From assembly GCF_001194135.2 (NCBI RefSeq), contig NC_068993.1:28802394-28866393 (forward strand): 64,000 bases of DNA, in the 5' to 3' direction. Shown here piece after piece: positions 50,401-62,372 of the stretch. Made by a program: the position numbers and the translations under genes. The stretch comes from Octopus bimaculoides. Taxonomy: Eukaryota. The stretch's first letter is position 1; every line of letters begins with the position of its first letter. The notes below the pieces were generated by a model. It did not search any database. It was not told the origin of the DNA and saw nothing but the letters and a program-made list of their open reading frames with translations.

Positions 50401-50830
50401 ATTTTTCCCTTTGTGCATGCATAATTCTTTTTGAATTGTGTACATGATTTTGGATATTGTTACCTCATAAGTGGAGTATTTAATTTGATTTTGATTGTTG
50501 TACTGTGTTTTGTTAATTTTATTGTTAATTTTTGGAAAAATTGTCACAGTTGGTGAAACCTGCAACGGTTTCCCCGTGTAGGGAAACCTACACGATGGCA
50601 GAAATGAGGAGCGAACTAACAGAACAAGAAATCAAAAGAATATGTGAGATAGAATTAATTCCGGACGAAGATGAACAACTGAGAATTATAAGAAATCAGC
50701 CAGCAACGTTGAAAAGAAATATAGATGTAAAAAGCCTTAAAACAAAGGAATCAAATGAAAAAGAAAAGGAAAAAACGACAAGAAAAAAGTTAGACTTTGC
50801 AGCGGTGGCTGGTGCCAAACAAGACCTCTT
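50401..50830 (+). mobile_element. 5' fragment of a fourth gag-only unit (D), opposite orientation
   Basis: Starts with the unit-junction motif ATTTTTCCCTTTGTGCAT. The ORF 50532-50864 contains LDFAAVAG, like the NFADAAR/KFAEVAR/SYAAAAG motifs of units A-C. Confidence 0.5.
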
Positions 50831-50849
50831 CCCAAGCGACCCTAGATTT

Positions 50850-51690
50850 CACTGTGGATGCTGAAGATAATCAACTGCCACTGCAAGGCCTACTTGCATG
50901 GCAACATAAATGAGTACCACTGGTTCAACCAAATATGCAACAACACCATTACAAATGACCGAAAGAAGCTCTGGGTGGAAGAAGCCAAGCATTTGGTGGC
51001 AGCAGCAAGGAACAATGAGATCAGCAAGGTATATAACATGCTCTGTAGAGCCTGTGCCAATCCCAGTTCAAGATAGCCTTAGTGAAGGATACTAATGGCA
51101 ATGTCATCACCGCAAAAACTGCATGCTTCAAACACTGGAAGGAACAGTTCAGCCTTCTTCTCCATCGCCCACCTGACCAAATTGATCCCAGCCTAACCAT
51201 TACTGCAGACACAGCTGCAACCAACAACACTTGTAAACTCGATCCTGCTACCCCTGATGAAGTCAGTTCTGCCCTGAAGAAGCTCAACAACTGCAGAGCC
51301 CCCAGAATCTGCATTATTATCATGGAGATGTTGAAGGCAGGCAGAGAAAATTTGGTCCATTGACTCACTCACATCATCAACCATGTATGGGTATTAGAGC
51401 AACTCCCAAATGACTGGACCTGAAGCCATCATCCTCCCCTTCTGGAAATAGAAGGGCAACAAACTCTTCTACAGTAACCACAGGAGCCATCACCCTCCTC
51501 TTCATCCTAGCCAAGCTCTTCACCAGGATCATTCTCAACCATGCAATTTCTGCAGTTAGAAGCAGATGCTACCCACAACAAGCCAGATTCATGCGAATCA
51601 ATCTACTGCCAACCATATTTTTGCCTTTTGTCTCATTGTTGTAAGATCTCAGGAGTTCTGCAAAGATATGTTTGTTTTAGTGCTTTCACC
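50850..51690 (+). mobile_element. RTE-like LINE internal fragment
   Basis: DRKKLWVEEA..KDTNGNVIT..HWKEQFSLLLH..PATPDEVSSALKKLNNCRAP..EMLKAG..KGN...NHRSITLL. Confidence 0.75.
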
Positions 51691-52089
51691 AACTCCGAGG
51701 AAAAGATTCTTTTGGTAGAGTTGGTAGTAACAGTGGAAGGTGTCATGGGGTAGAAAGCTTTGAAGTGGCTTGAATTTCTACACACAAAACATTGAGTTTT
51801 CTGCCTTCTGTTAACACCAGCATCTGCTTCCTTTCTCCAAAACAGAAAAAAATCAAGAATGCAAGTGACTTCCTTAGGGGCAACCAGTTTCCAGAATTCC
51901 ATAAGAATCTCATCTCTGTTGAGTTGGTGGAGTGGATTTCACTTACACATTCTCCCCATGTTCCTCCAGTATTACTAAAACTCTTGCCAGATCTCTATGA
52001 GCTGGCACATTCTTAAATCAAATTGAGCTAACCACCTACCCTTATAAAAAGGCATCATAAAATTTTAGGAAGTGTACGTTATCTTTTAT

Positions 52090-52319
52090 CTTTTACTTGT
52101 TTCAGTCATTAGAGTATGGCCATGCTGTGGCATCACCTTGAAAAATTTTTAATTGAATGCATCAACCCTAGTACTCATTTTTTTCTCTTTCACTTTAAGC
52201 CTGGTACTTATTTTATTAGTGTCTTTACTGAATCACTGAGTTGCAAGGACATAAACACACTAACATCAGTTGTCAAGTGGTGGTGGGGGACAAATTCTGA
52301 CTCAAAGACACACGCACAC

Positions 52320-52362
<43 letters not shown>

Positions 52363-52390
52363 GGCTTTTTCAGTTCCCTGTGTGACAAAT
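52090..52390 (-). mobile_element. SINE 3' half (family of 5095-5532)
   Basis: TCTTTTACTTGTTTCAGTCATT...GGCCATGCTG tail followed by (CA)n. Confidence 0.7.
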
Positions 52391-52639
52391 TTATTTCAAC
52401 TCCAACTAGCCTGCCTTTAACATTATGTTCTACTGCCATGGCAATGATGGCATTTGAAATTAGACCTTTGAAATACTCTTCACCATTGATTATTATCATT
52501 GTTAAGTTCTGACATTTAAAAAATTTTGTAAGATTCTGAAATCTTTGGGTTTTTTACAGGTAATTCAAAATAAATATCAACATAGATACCCTCTTAATGG
52601 GGGTGCCTCTAAACAAAAATATCACCATCACAATCTGGA

Positions 52640-55600
52640 CAATGTTTGCTGCATATGTACTGACTGCCTTCATAAGATCATTTATATCTGTAACATTTAC
52701 TACCTCCACATGATTGGTTATCGTATTTATTCTATCCACTATTGATTTCAATCTTCCTCGGTTAATTTTCTTATTTTCTGAGAACTCTCTCTTCTGTGCA
52801 ATTTCTATGATCTCTTTCAAAGTTTGTTGTTCTTTGTTGTTTAATTGTTCTACATGTGTTAATGAAATGTCAGTTTCAGAATGAATTTAATTTCTTCTTT
52901 TCCCTCCTGTAGCTTCTTCACCCATATTTTGTTCATTATGTTTATCTTCAGTTGGTACTTCAATTTGGACTTCATTGATTTTCCTCCTTATGGTTTTGAG
53001 CTCTAACTCAGTTAATCATTGGTTTTTGTGGATTGCTCTGGCTTGGTCACTCAGTCTTTGTTTTGTTGTTTCAAGCAGGCCTCACTCAGACCACTCTCAG
53101 AACATCATCCATCTATATCCTCTCTTTAGAACTCCATTTTCATCAACTGGGTTGGTCCTGTAATAGCAGAGGTTTTAGAGCGATTTGTGGAGTAGTAGAA
53201 AGGCACATAAATTGGATGCAAATTGGCTTAATGAACTGAAGCAAGAATTAACAGGTAGGGTCCAACACAAAGTTAGTATCACACAAAAAATGGCCAAGAT
53301 GCAGTGCTGCAAAATTCCTAATCGGAAGGCTCCTGGAGGTAATGGAGTTCAAGGGTACTGGATCAAGAAGCTTACAGCATGCATGAAAAGATCACAGTGG
53401 AATTCAATGAAACTTTAAATAGCTCAAAGCCATTGCCCTCATGGATAAGACTTGTGGGGGACAGTGCTTTGTCTGAAGAATGCATCAAAAAAGGAATGCA
53501 GTAGACAATTTCCACCCTATTTTTTGCCTTCTAATTTTCTAAGTTTTTTGAAGTTATTGACAGGCATCTTGTCACAAAGCATATATTCCTTCTTGGAAAA
53601 AGAAAACATCCTTCCATAAGAACAAAAAGGTCGTAAACGAAGAAGTAGAGAAATAAAAGATCAGCTCTTGATTGATAAAGCCATTCTCAGAGATTACAAA
53701 AGAAGACTGTCAACCTTTCAATGGCATGGATTGAATGCTGAAAGGCATATGACCTCGTTTCCCATTCATGGAAAGTAGTGTGTCTGGCCCTTTTTGGAGT
53801 AGCCAATAATATAAGAGAATTTATTCAGCAGTAGATGGAGAGTTGGAAAGTTGCGTTAACGTCATGTGGTAAAGTGCTTCGAGAGGTCACAATCAAGAGA
53901 GGGATTTTTCAGAGCAAAAGCCTATCACCACTTTTATTTGTCCTGTGCATGACTCCTTTGTTTATTTTACTGAGAAAGACTAGCCTTATTTATAAGTAGG
54001 GACAAAACCTTAAAGTTAACCATTTTTTATTTATGGATGACTTGAAGTTGTTTGGAAAGAACCAGCCACAAGTAGACTTATTGATCAAAACAGTACACCT
54101 GTTCAGTGAGGTCATAGGAATGGCGTTCAGGTTAAAGAAATGTGGAGTTCTAATACTTCAAAGAAGAGAGGTGGTGAGAACTGAAGTGATAGAACTACCA
54201 GATGGAAGTGTCATAAGGGATGTTGAAGAGAGTTGGTGTAAGTACTTTGGCATCCTGAAGGCTGACAGAATAAGAGATAAACCAGATGAACTGAGAAATG
54301 AGGAATAAAATGACTATGTATGGAGCTTTACACTCTAAAAGTAACATGCACAGGATACACTTATCACAAAAAGATGGCGGAAGAAGTATGACAGGTTGCG
54401 AAGATTGCAAAAGAAGTGAAGAAAATAGTCTTGGTTGGTATATTCAGAACAGCACAGAACCATTACTCATGGGAGTTAAACTGGATGGGATCATAGAAAC
54501 AGAGTTGTGTACCAACAAAGAAGAGTTCAAGAAAAATGCAGTTGAAAAGAAAGTTGCAAGGTTGCAAGACAAGGCGATACATGGACAGTTCCTAAGAGAT
54601 GTAGATACTCTAATTTTTGGAAAGATATGATGGGGTACCCAAATGAAACCGGAATTTTGCAATATTATTTTATTCACTTAGCTTTACATATTTAAACTTT
54701 ATCGCCTTCAAAGTATCTCCATTTGAAGCAATGCACTAGTCCAGATGTATTTTCCACTGTTTGAAGCAATCCTAGAACTTTTGCGAAGTGATGCCTTTTA
54801 ATGCCTCTGTTGTTTTATTCTTCACCTCTTCCACATCTGCAAAACGTTTTCCTTTAAGGACTTTTTTCATTTGGGAGAACAAAAAAATGTTGCCGGGAGT
54901 AAGATCAGGTGAATAGGGAGGGTGGGTAAATGTGGTCATGCTGTTTTTGGTCAAAAACTGTTTCACACTCAAGGAACAGTGTCATGATGAAACCACTACT
55001 CACCACTTTGCCACTGCTTGGAGTGTTTCGCCATGTCTTGCAAATGCTTCAGAACTTCCAATTAAAATGTCTGGTTAACAGTTTGATCAGTAGGAGCAAA
55101 TACTATGTGGACAATATTTTTTGCATCAATGAAACAAATTAGCATTGTCTTGACATTGGACTTCATTTGATGCACTTTTTGGGGGTGTGGTGACATTGAA
55201 TGCTTCCATTGACTTGATTGCTGTTTTGTTTCTGGGTCGTAGCCATCACACCAGCTTTCATCACCAGTGATGACCTTCAAAAGAAGGTCCAGATCAATTT
55301 CCAACTGTTCTTTCATTTCACGACATGCATTCAGTCATGACTGCTTTTGATGTGTAAGCAAGTGAGGCATAAATTTTGCTGCAACTCTTTTCATTTGCAA
55401 TTCCTTGCTCAAAATTCATTAGGAGGAGCTCCAGGACATGCCAGTCATATCAACAAGTTCATCAATTATTTGGTGATGGTCCTCCAAGATCAGTTCATGA
55501 ATTTTCAAGATGTTTCCATTTGTTCAGGAGGTCAACAGTCACCCTGGATGAGGCTGGTCTTCAAGTGACAAGTGACCATTCCTAATGTATGAAAACCGCT

Positions 55601-56660
55601 CATAAGCTTGTGCTTTGCTCATGGCAGCATGTAAGCTGTTTGAAGCATGACAACTGTTTCAGCTACCATTTTCCCCAGCAGAAAACAGAATTTCATGGAA
55701 GCATGCTGTCCCTTCATTTCAGCCATCACAAGAATCGACAAGCAAGGGAGAATCACTGCACAACAAAGATGCACCATGTGATAGTATGACCTCAGCTGAA
55801 ACCGCTGGGCAGCAAACTGATGCCTAAGGGTTACAACAAGTGGGTTCTAGTGGCGGAAGCCTGAACAACATCAGGTTTGTCCCACAGATTGTTTCTGATT
55901 ACTTTTGGGTACACATACACACACACATGAGACACGGGCCTGGATGAGTAAGGGTGATTTGAAAGAAGGGACTGAAGCTCTTATTTGTGCTGCTCATGAG
56001 TAAGCATTAAGAACTAACTACATAAAGTTCCAGATTGACAAAATGATCAAATCGCCATTGTTTGGAGAAATCACAAACCACATTGTATGTGAATGTAGCT
56101 CTTTGGCACAGCAGGGGTTCATGACAATGTTACTCGAGTTGTACATTGGTTTTTATGCAGGAAATACAACTTGGAATGAGCTGACAGATGGTCTGAACAC
56201 CAGCAACTTGCTGTAATGGAAAACGGTATGGTGAAATTGCTATAGGATTTCAATGAGCAATGTGACAATGTGATTGAGGCAAGAAGACCTGATGGGATCC
56301 TGATTGAGAAAGAAGAAAGACAAGGCTAAATTATTGACATCACTATCTCTAGAGGACAAAGTGGAGAGGTACCAAGATCTGAAGCATGAGGTAGCATGTT
56401 TGTGGGAACTGAGGAAGTGGAAGTTATACCTATTTTGAAAGGGGCACTTGGAACCATGACAAACCAATTTCAGATGTGGCTTGGCAAACTATCAAGACTG
56501 AGATGCTTCAGAAAACAGCACTACTTGGAACAGCTAGGATTTTGAGAAGAGTAATGTCAATGTAACTGGAATGAGAAAGTTGACAGGACCCATGGTCATT
56601 AATTATGACCCACTCCTGATCAAAAGATATTGACATCAGTCTGAAATATGATAATAATAA
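52640..56660 (+). mobile_element. R4/Dong-clade RLE LINE with inverted 5' segment, interrupted by a mariner
   Basis: Minus 52640-53172: CYYRTNPVDENG...RLSDQARAI..LTELEL..INDLMKAVS. Plus: KAPGGNGVQGYWIKK, FMDDLKLFGKN, YGALHSKSNMHRIHLSQKDGGR, HGQF, ALICAA.E*ALRTNY, HDNV, RRPDGILIEK...IIDI, ERYQDLK, LQKTALLGTARILRRV. (TAA)n tail at 56648-56668. Confidence 0.9.
54628..55917 (-). mobile_element. Degenerate full-length mariner (about 1.29 kb) nested in the R4 element
   Basis: VITGDESWCDGYDPETKQQSSQW and HPPYSPDLTP. TIR remnants GGGGTACCCAAATGAAACCGGA and TCTGATTACTTTTGGGTAC; TA at 54626-54627. Confidence 0.9.
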
Positions 56661-56667
56661 CAATAAT

Positions 56668-57410
56668 AATGAGCACTCAGAGAGCGCAAACCTCTGCCAA
56701 GGCAACATGAATGTCCTCTCAACAATTAGCTGGAAATGATTTTTAAAATGAGAATATCTGAAATAAACTGGACTGCTCTCACAAACGTGAATACTAAAAA
56801 TGAACCTGATCGCTCTCAAATGGAAAAATAATCCAAATATATATATATTGAGTGAGAGGTGAAGGGAGAGGAGATGAAATACTAATACAGTGAAGGAGTA
56901 GTAAGAGTAATAGCCATGACTGAGAGGGAGTGAGAGAAAGTAATGACAATGAGAAATACGAAACAAAGCGGCAAAGAAAGTGTTGTACAAATGAGAAAGG
57001 AAGGGTGATCGATGAATAACGAAGGAAGGAGTGAAAAAGACGATAAATGATGTTTGAAGTATGTAAAAGAGAAGTATGTTTGCATGTGTGTGTGTGTGTA
57101 CAATGGAAATGGGATGATAATGTTCAACACTGAAAATGTGTGAGTGTATGTGTGTGCATGTACAATTGAACTATATGAAACTTTGCATATACATGTAAAG
57201 TAAAAGAAAATCAGAAAAATAATCTAGAATCCTTGTCAGGTACTGGGTCAACCCCAAAATCTAATGAAACCGTGCCAGTCACAAGGCCAAACATCCCTGA
57301 AAGTTTCTGAATCCATCCAGCAGTTCTTGAGATATCTTGTCCATGGACAAACAAACAAACAAACATGAGTGAAAACAATACCTCCGCCTTTGCTAAGGCA
57401 GAGGTAATAA
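56668..57410 (+). mobile_element. Possible Helentron-type (DINE-1/HINE-like) non-autonomous element
   Basis: 5' GAGCACTCAGAGAGCGCAAACCTCTGCCAAGGC and a 3' hairpin ACCTCCGCCTTTGCTAAGGCAGAGGT before AATAA. Family call from recalled end structure only. Confidence 0.45.
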
Positions 57411-58110
57411 TCTTGGCCTGAAATTTTGAAGGAGGGGGTGCTTGTCAATTGCATTGATCCCAGTACTTGACAGTATTTATTTCATCAACCCCAAAAAATG
57501 AAAAGCAAAGTTGACTTCAAGTAGCATTTGAATAATAATATTATCCTTTCTACTATAGGCATAAGGCCTTAAGTTGTTTTTTGGGGGTGGGGAGTCGATT
57601 ATTTTGACATCAGGTTCAACTTGCATTTGTTTTATCAATCCCCAAAGAATAAAAGATAAAGTTAACCTTGGAAGGAATTTGAGCTCAAGAGAGAAAGAGA
57701 TGGAAAAAAATGCTGCTAAATGACATGCTAATGATTCTGTTAGACCAGAAATTTTGTTGGGGAGGTAACAGTCAATTAAATTGACATAAATCATATACAG
57801 GTGTTGATTAAATCAACTCTAGTACTTGATTAATATTTTATTTTATTGACCTCAGAAGGATGATGGATTATTTTGAATGGAAAGAGCCAAAATAAATACC
57901 ACAAGTTATATTATCTCTTGCTTTAAGGATTCTGTCAATCTAATAATGATTATAATAATTGTTGTTGATATAGACACAAGGCTTGAAATTTAGGGGATGT
58001 GTTTAGTTGATTAAATTAACTCCTATACTTGACTGCTACTTTATTTTATTGACCTCCAGATGAACGAAAGGCAAAGTTGACTTTGGTAGGATTTGAACTT
58101 AGAGCATAAA
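57410..58110 (-). mobile_element. Cluster of about three decayed SINE copies (family of 22004/59047)
   Basis: Repeated AAAGCAAAGTTGAC(C/T)T...ATTTGAA and ATTGATCCCAGTACTTGAC motifs at about 57410-57530, 57560-57745 and 57965-58110. Confidence 0.7.
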
Positions 58111-58754
58111 GTACTATATGTAACTAATCACTGCAATAACTTCCTCCACTCCCATCACTTCAGCATTAGTTATACATCTCAACCACTTCAGATTCAGGAA
58201 TTCTGTTGATAATTAGAACTAAAGAGGCATTTGTTTACATTCCAGCAAAAGAAGAATTATTGCTGTTGTTGACTGTAAAAGTCCAATGCAGTTTGTCTTT
58301 ATGTGCAGTAATGAATTCTTCTGTTAAATGTTAGCAGGTGTTCAGTTATTCTTCCCATAGCCCAAGAAACATATTTTCATTTTTGTTAGCTAAACCAGCT
58401 ACCACAGCAACATTGACAAATCACTGTAATATACTTGTGACATTCAACAACATAGTCTGCCAACTACAACACACAACATACCTGTGTAATAAATATTTCT
58501 ATTAATTAATATAATAATTTTTTTCTCTGCACAATTTTCTGGTCTTATACATTTTTATTTGTACATATCTGCCTTTTCTTAACATAAGATTTTTTCTATT
58601 CAGCTTCCACTTTTCAATTCCTTCACTTTTGCTCCAATTGATTTCAAATTTGATGTACTGATGTATGCTAATTATGGAAATGAAATTCATTTTCGTCATA
58701 AATTAATAAATAAAAGGTTAATAGCTTTTAAAGTTTACAAATTTTGGGCAATTT

Positions 58755-58800
58755 TAACCAATCAAAAGCCACAGACATTGCTGCTTGTTTCCATAGTAAC
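58755..58800. promoter_or_regulatory. Candidate CCAAT (NF-Y) box plus RFX X-box
   Basis: AACCAATCA at 58756-58764 and GTTTCCATAGTAAC at 58787-58800 (fits GTHNYYATRRNAAC), in non-repeat-looking DNA. Confidence 0.3.
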
Positions 58801-59046
58801 AAGCCAAGCTGTTGTGTAGTCTGCTTCCCTGTCTGTTATGTCGTGTTTTCTTGCTTTTACCTGTCTGTTGCTGTTGCACCCACCATTCTATGGTTGATTC
58901 CTTTCTCTGTGAGTTTATGTAGCACAGGAGATATGAAGATTGTAATTTGCTTGACAAACTCCTGGAGTGCATCACAAAATTTCATTGATGGAATTTTGAT
59001 TTAAGCAGTCTACCCCTCATAGCTTTGTCAATTTTTGGAATTTTCA

Positions 59047-59259
59047 AGGTGGCGAGCTGGCAGAAACGTTAGCACACCGGGCGAAATGCTTAGCAGTATT
59101 TCGTCTGTCTTTACATTCTGAATTCAAAATCTGCTGAGGTCAACTTTGCCTTTCATCCTTTTGGGGTTGATAAATTCAGTACCAGTTGTGTACTAGGGTT
59201 GATCTAATCGACTGGCTCCTCCATCCAAAATTTTGGGCATTGTGCCTAGAGTAGAAAAG
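59047..59259 (+). mobile_element. tRNA-derived SINE with 17-bp TSD
   Basis: AGGTGGCGAGCTGGCAGAAACGTTAGCAC... flanked by AATTTTTGGAATTTTCA at 59030-59046 and 59260-59276. Confidence 0.92.
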
Positions 59260-60939
59260 AATTTTTGGAATTTTCAGAAAATTATTGTGTATGTGTGTTT
59301 CACACACAGGAATTCAAACAAAATTCCAAAGAATAAAGTTATGAGTGAGGAGTTATATGGGGTGTCTGCCCTTTCGTTTTTTCGTGACTGAATGTTCAGT
59401 TTCAGTTTCCTTTTCTTTTTCTCTTTGTAATTTTCCGCATTACATGCCTGTTCAAATGTTTCACATGACTTAGTCCTTAAAACTTATTAAAACTTCTGTC
59501 ATTGAATGTTTTGTTGTAATGTTGTAATCAAGCAGAAATTGCCAGCTTCCAAGTGCTAATTCTGATTGGGTAAAAATCATCAAACATTAAACCTCTGTAA
59601 CGTACTTCTAAAACTTTTCTGGAACAAGTTACTAACAGCACCATTAAGTGTGAAAAATTTCACCAATATACCAAATTTGAAAATTTTCAAAAGTTTTAAA
59701 ATTTCTAAAAGCAAAAGCAAACAAAAGATCCTTAACACATTGTATTTTGTTGGTAATTTTTACCGTGTCTCCATGTTTGAGCCTTATTTCTTCATATGTT
59801 TCTAATTTACCTTATTGATGAACAAGGTAAAAGTTATAAAGAGTATTAACTCTTTATAACTTTTACCTTTTTCATCTCTCTATTGTTCTGTTTGCTATCA
59901 ACCTTTCCCACCCTTTTAGCTTCAAGGTATAAAATACTGATACATGAAGTTTATAAACATTAACTTCGGCTTTCTTCACCTCCCTCACTCTTGTTCTATT
60001 ATTTTTTCCTCTCTGTTCTTTTTTTCATAGCAGTCTTTTTTTTATCTACTTGGTTTTATTCATTTTTTTTTTTTCTTCTATAGACCTAATTAGCCTTTAT
60101 TTTGAATTTGAATTTTGGCGGAATTCTGGTTTAAGCACCCCATATAACCCCTCATGATTTTTTAATTTTTGGAATTTTCAGAAAATGTTTGTGTATTTGT
60201 GTGCTACACACGGGAATTCATATGATTATGAAAAAAAATTTCTTTTTAAAATTTTTCTAAAATCAGAATTTTTTGATTAAATCCCTATGGGAAGAAAGAT
60301 TTTGAAGAACATCAATACATCTGAGTGACAAAGAAAGGAGGTAAATATCTGGTAAGCATGAAATGTGCTAAAAATAACAGCTAAATAGCCCTTAAATCTC
60401 ACCAAAGAAATTTTTGGTGAGGTTTTGCATCATCTTACGAATTCCTGTTTAGAACACAAATTCATAAAACTTTTCTGAAAATTAAAAAAAATTAAAAAGT
60501 TACGAGGGGTTATATGAGTGAAAAAAATCATACATGTTCAAAACTGTTTTTTCATAAAAAGATGCCCCCAATCATTTTGAAGGGTGTAATGAAAAGAAAA
60601 AGGAAAAGAATCTGTCAAAACAAAGAAATTCCAACTTACGTGGTCTTCCTGATCCAAAACTCCACTCCTTACCCTCTCGGAAAAAATTCTTCCCAACAAA
60701 TCCCCAAATACTCTAAATCTATTGTAGTTATGCTTGTGTGTGTGTGTGTAATAAACCATTACAGAAAAGAACAAAAATCAAAACAATGATGTCATTCTTA
60801 ATATGCTCCTGCAAATTCAAATGCAAATACCACAAATTGCTGTTGTATTTTGTTTATGGAGAACAACTCATGTCAGACAATATGTATTCTTAACATGCTC
60901 AATTCATTGAGGGGGTAAAGAGGACTTTGAGACACCTTG

Positions 60940-61270
60940 AATTTTAACATAGTCTCTTTAGCCAAAGCTATTTCTTAGATCACTGAATCTAAGCAAGATC
61001 TTTACTGGAGTTCAGCAGTTAGAGATATTAGATCTGAAAAGGATCTGAGCTCTTTCAGCTAAGCATAGCTTACATTTTTTTGATCTGTTAACATATGGTG
61101 TGGATTTTTCAATTATTTTCCACTTTATTGTATGTGGTGTTGCATTCAGTTTCAAACTCCATACATGGCTAACCAACTTGGTAGCTTTGCTTTTGTCCCT
61201 ATGTTGGAAGGAAGCTATGTGATTAGTATAGTGATTTTTAAATTCTCCTTCAAATGGAATCAAAGAATCA
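60940..61270 (-). mobile_element. PLE GIY-YIG fragment
   Basis: EGEFKNHYTNHIASF...ATKLVSHVWSLK...IKWKIIEKSTPY..RSKKCKLCLAE. Confidence 0.85.
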
Positions 61271-62149
61271 AATAGATCTCACATTAAGCTCCCTGCCCAG
61301 TGCATGACTAACAAGAAAGATCATGATTGAGGTTAAGATAAACTTTTGCGTCTTTCTGAAAATCTAAGAGATACAATGATGGAGAGAATGTATATCAACA
61401 GAACAAATAAGAGAAGTGAAGTGAGATAATAGGTGTTCATTCCATTTATTTACGGTTTTTTCATAATTTTCTTAGTTATACAATAGATGTTACACCAACA
61501 TATTCATGTATGTAAAGTATACCTATAAATGTATATGTGTGTACACCAACAGACTCTTGAATTCAGAACAATTCATGGGTTTACCATGAATAATTCTTAA
61601 CATTAGTCTGTTGCTTTTTTAATTTCTGAGTTTAAAAATGGGTATAATTTTAATACAATATAATTAAAAAACAAAATTATTTAGATAATTTATAGATACT
61701 ATTTAATGAAATTTTCCACGAACATGTGTTACATCANNNNNNNNNNTTTTTTTTGGGGGGGGAAAGCGTTTTAGCAAGGGGTGGGGAAGACCTTCAATCA
61801 GCCAGGGTCGGCAGGGGGAGGGGCAGAGGGCCTATGGTGAGATGGTGCTAGCTGTCAATAATCATGTAATGCATATGCTCCCAAGCATTGCATAGAGCTT
61901 TAGCAATGGTTGATGGCTCTGTGAGTGAGCCATCTTGGCTCCACGTGGTAATGCTGTCAACAAGATCAACTGAGATCTCTTGCAGCTGTTGCCCAGGCAG
62001 AAGCAGTCTTTCAAATTCCTCGATGCTGTCATTGATCAGGTCCGGGTTGTAGTTTTTTCTGGCTGAGTTCCTGAACTGACTGCAGCCCATCTGGGATGCT
62101 ACCTCATTACTTCACACTTGAAAGGGGGCACCCCAATCATGCTTTTCAA

Positions 62150-62325
62150 GAATCTGCCTGTGGCACATAAAAAGCACCCTCTACACTCTTGGAGTAGTTG
62201 GCATTAGGAAGGGCATCCCGCTGTAGAAACATAGCCTGATCAGATTGGAGCCTGGTGCAGCTGCTGGCTCCCCAGACCTCAGTCAAACCATCCATCCCAT
62301 GCCAGCATAGAAAACAGACGTTAAA

Positions 62326-62330
<5 letters not shown>
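62150..62330 (+). mobile_element. RTE LINE 3'-end copy
   Basis: GTGGCACATAAAAAGCACC...TTAGGAAGGGCATCC...CCCATGCCAGCATAGAAAACAGACGTTAAATGA. Confidence 0.85.

Positions 62331-62372
<42 letters not shown>

Noticed and set aside
58270-58330. LTEEFITAHKDKLHW peptide resembling viral tryptophan repeats
   Set aside because: A single unit immediately preceded by an in-frame stop; probably chance.
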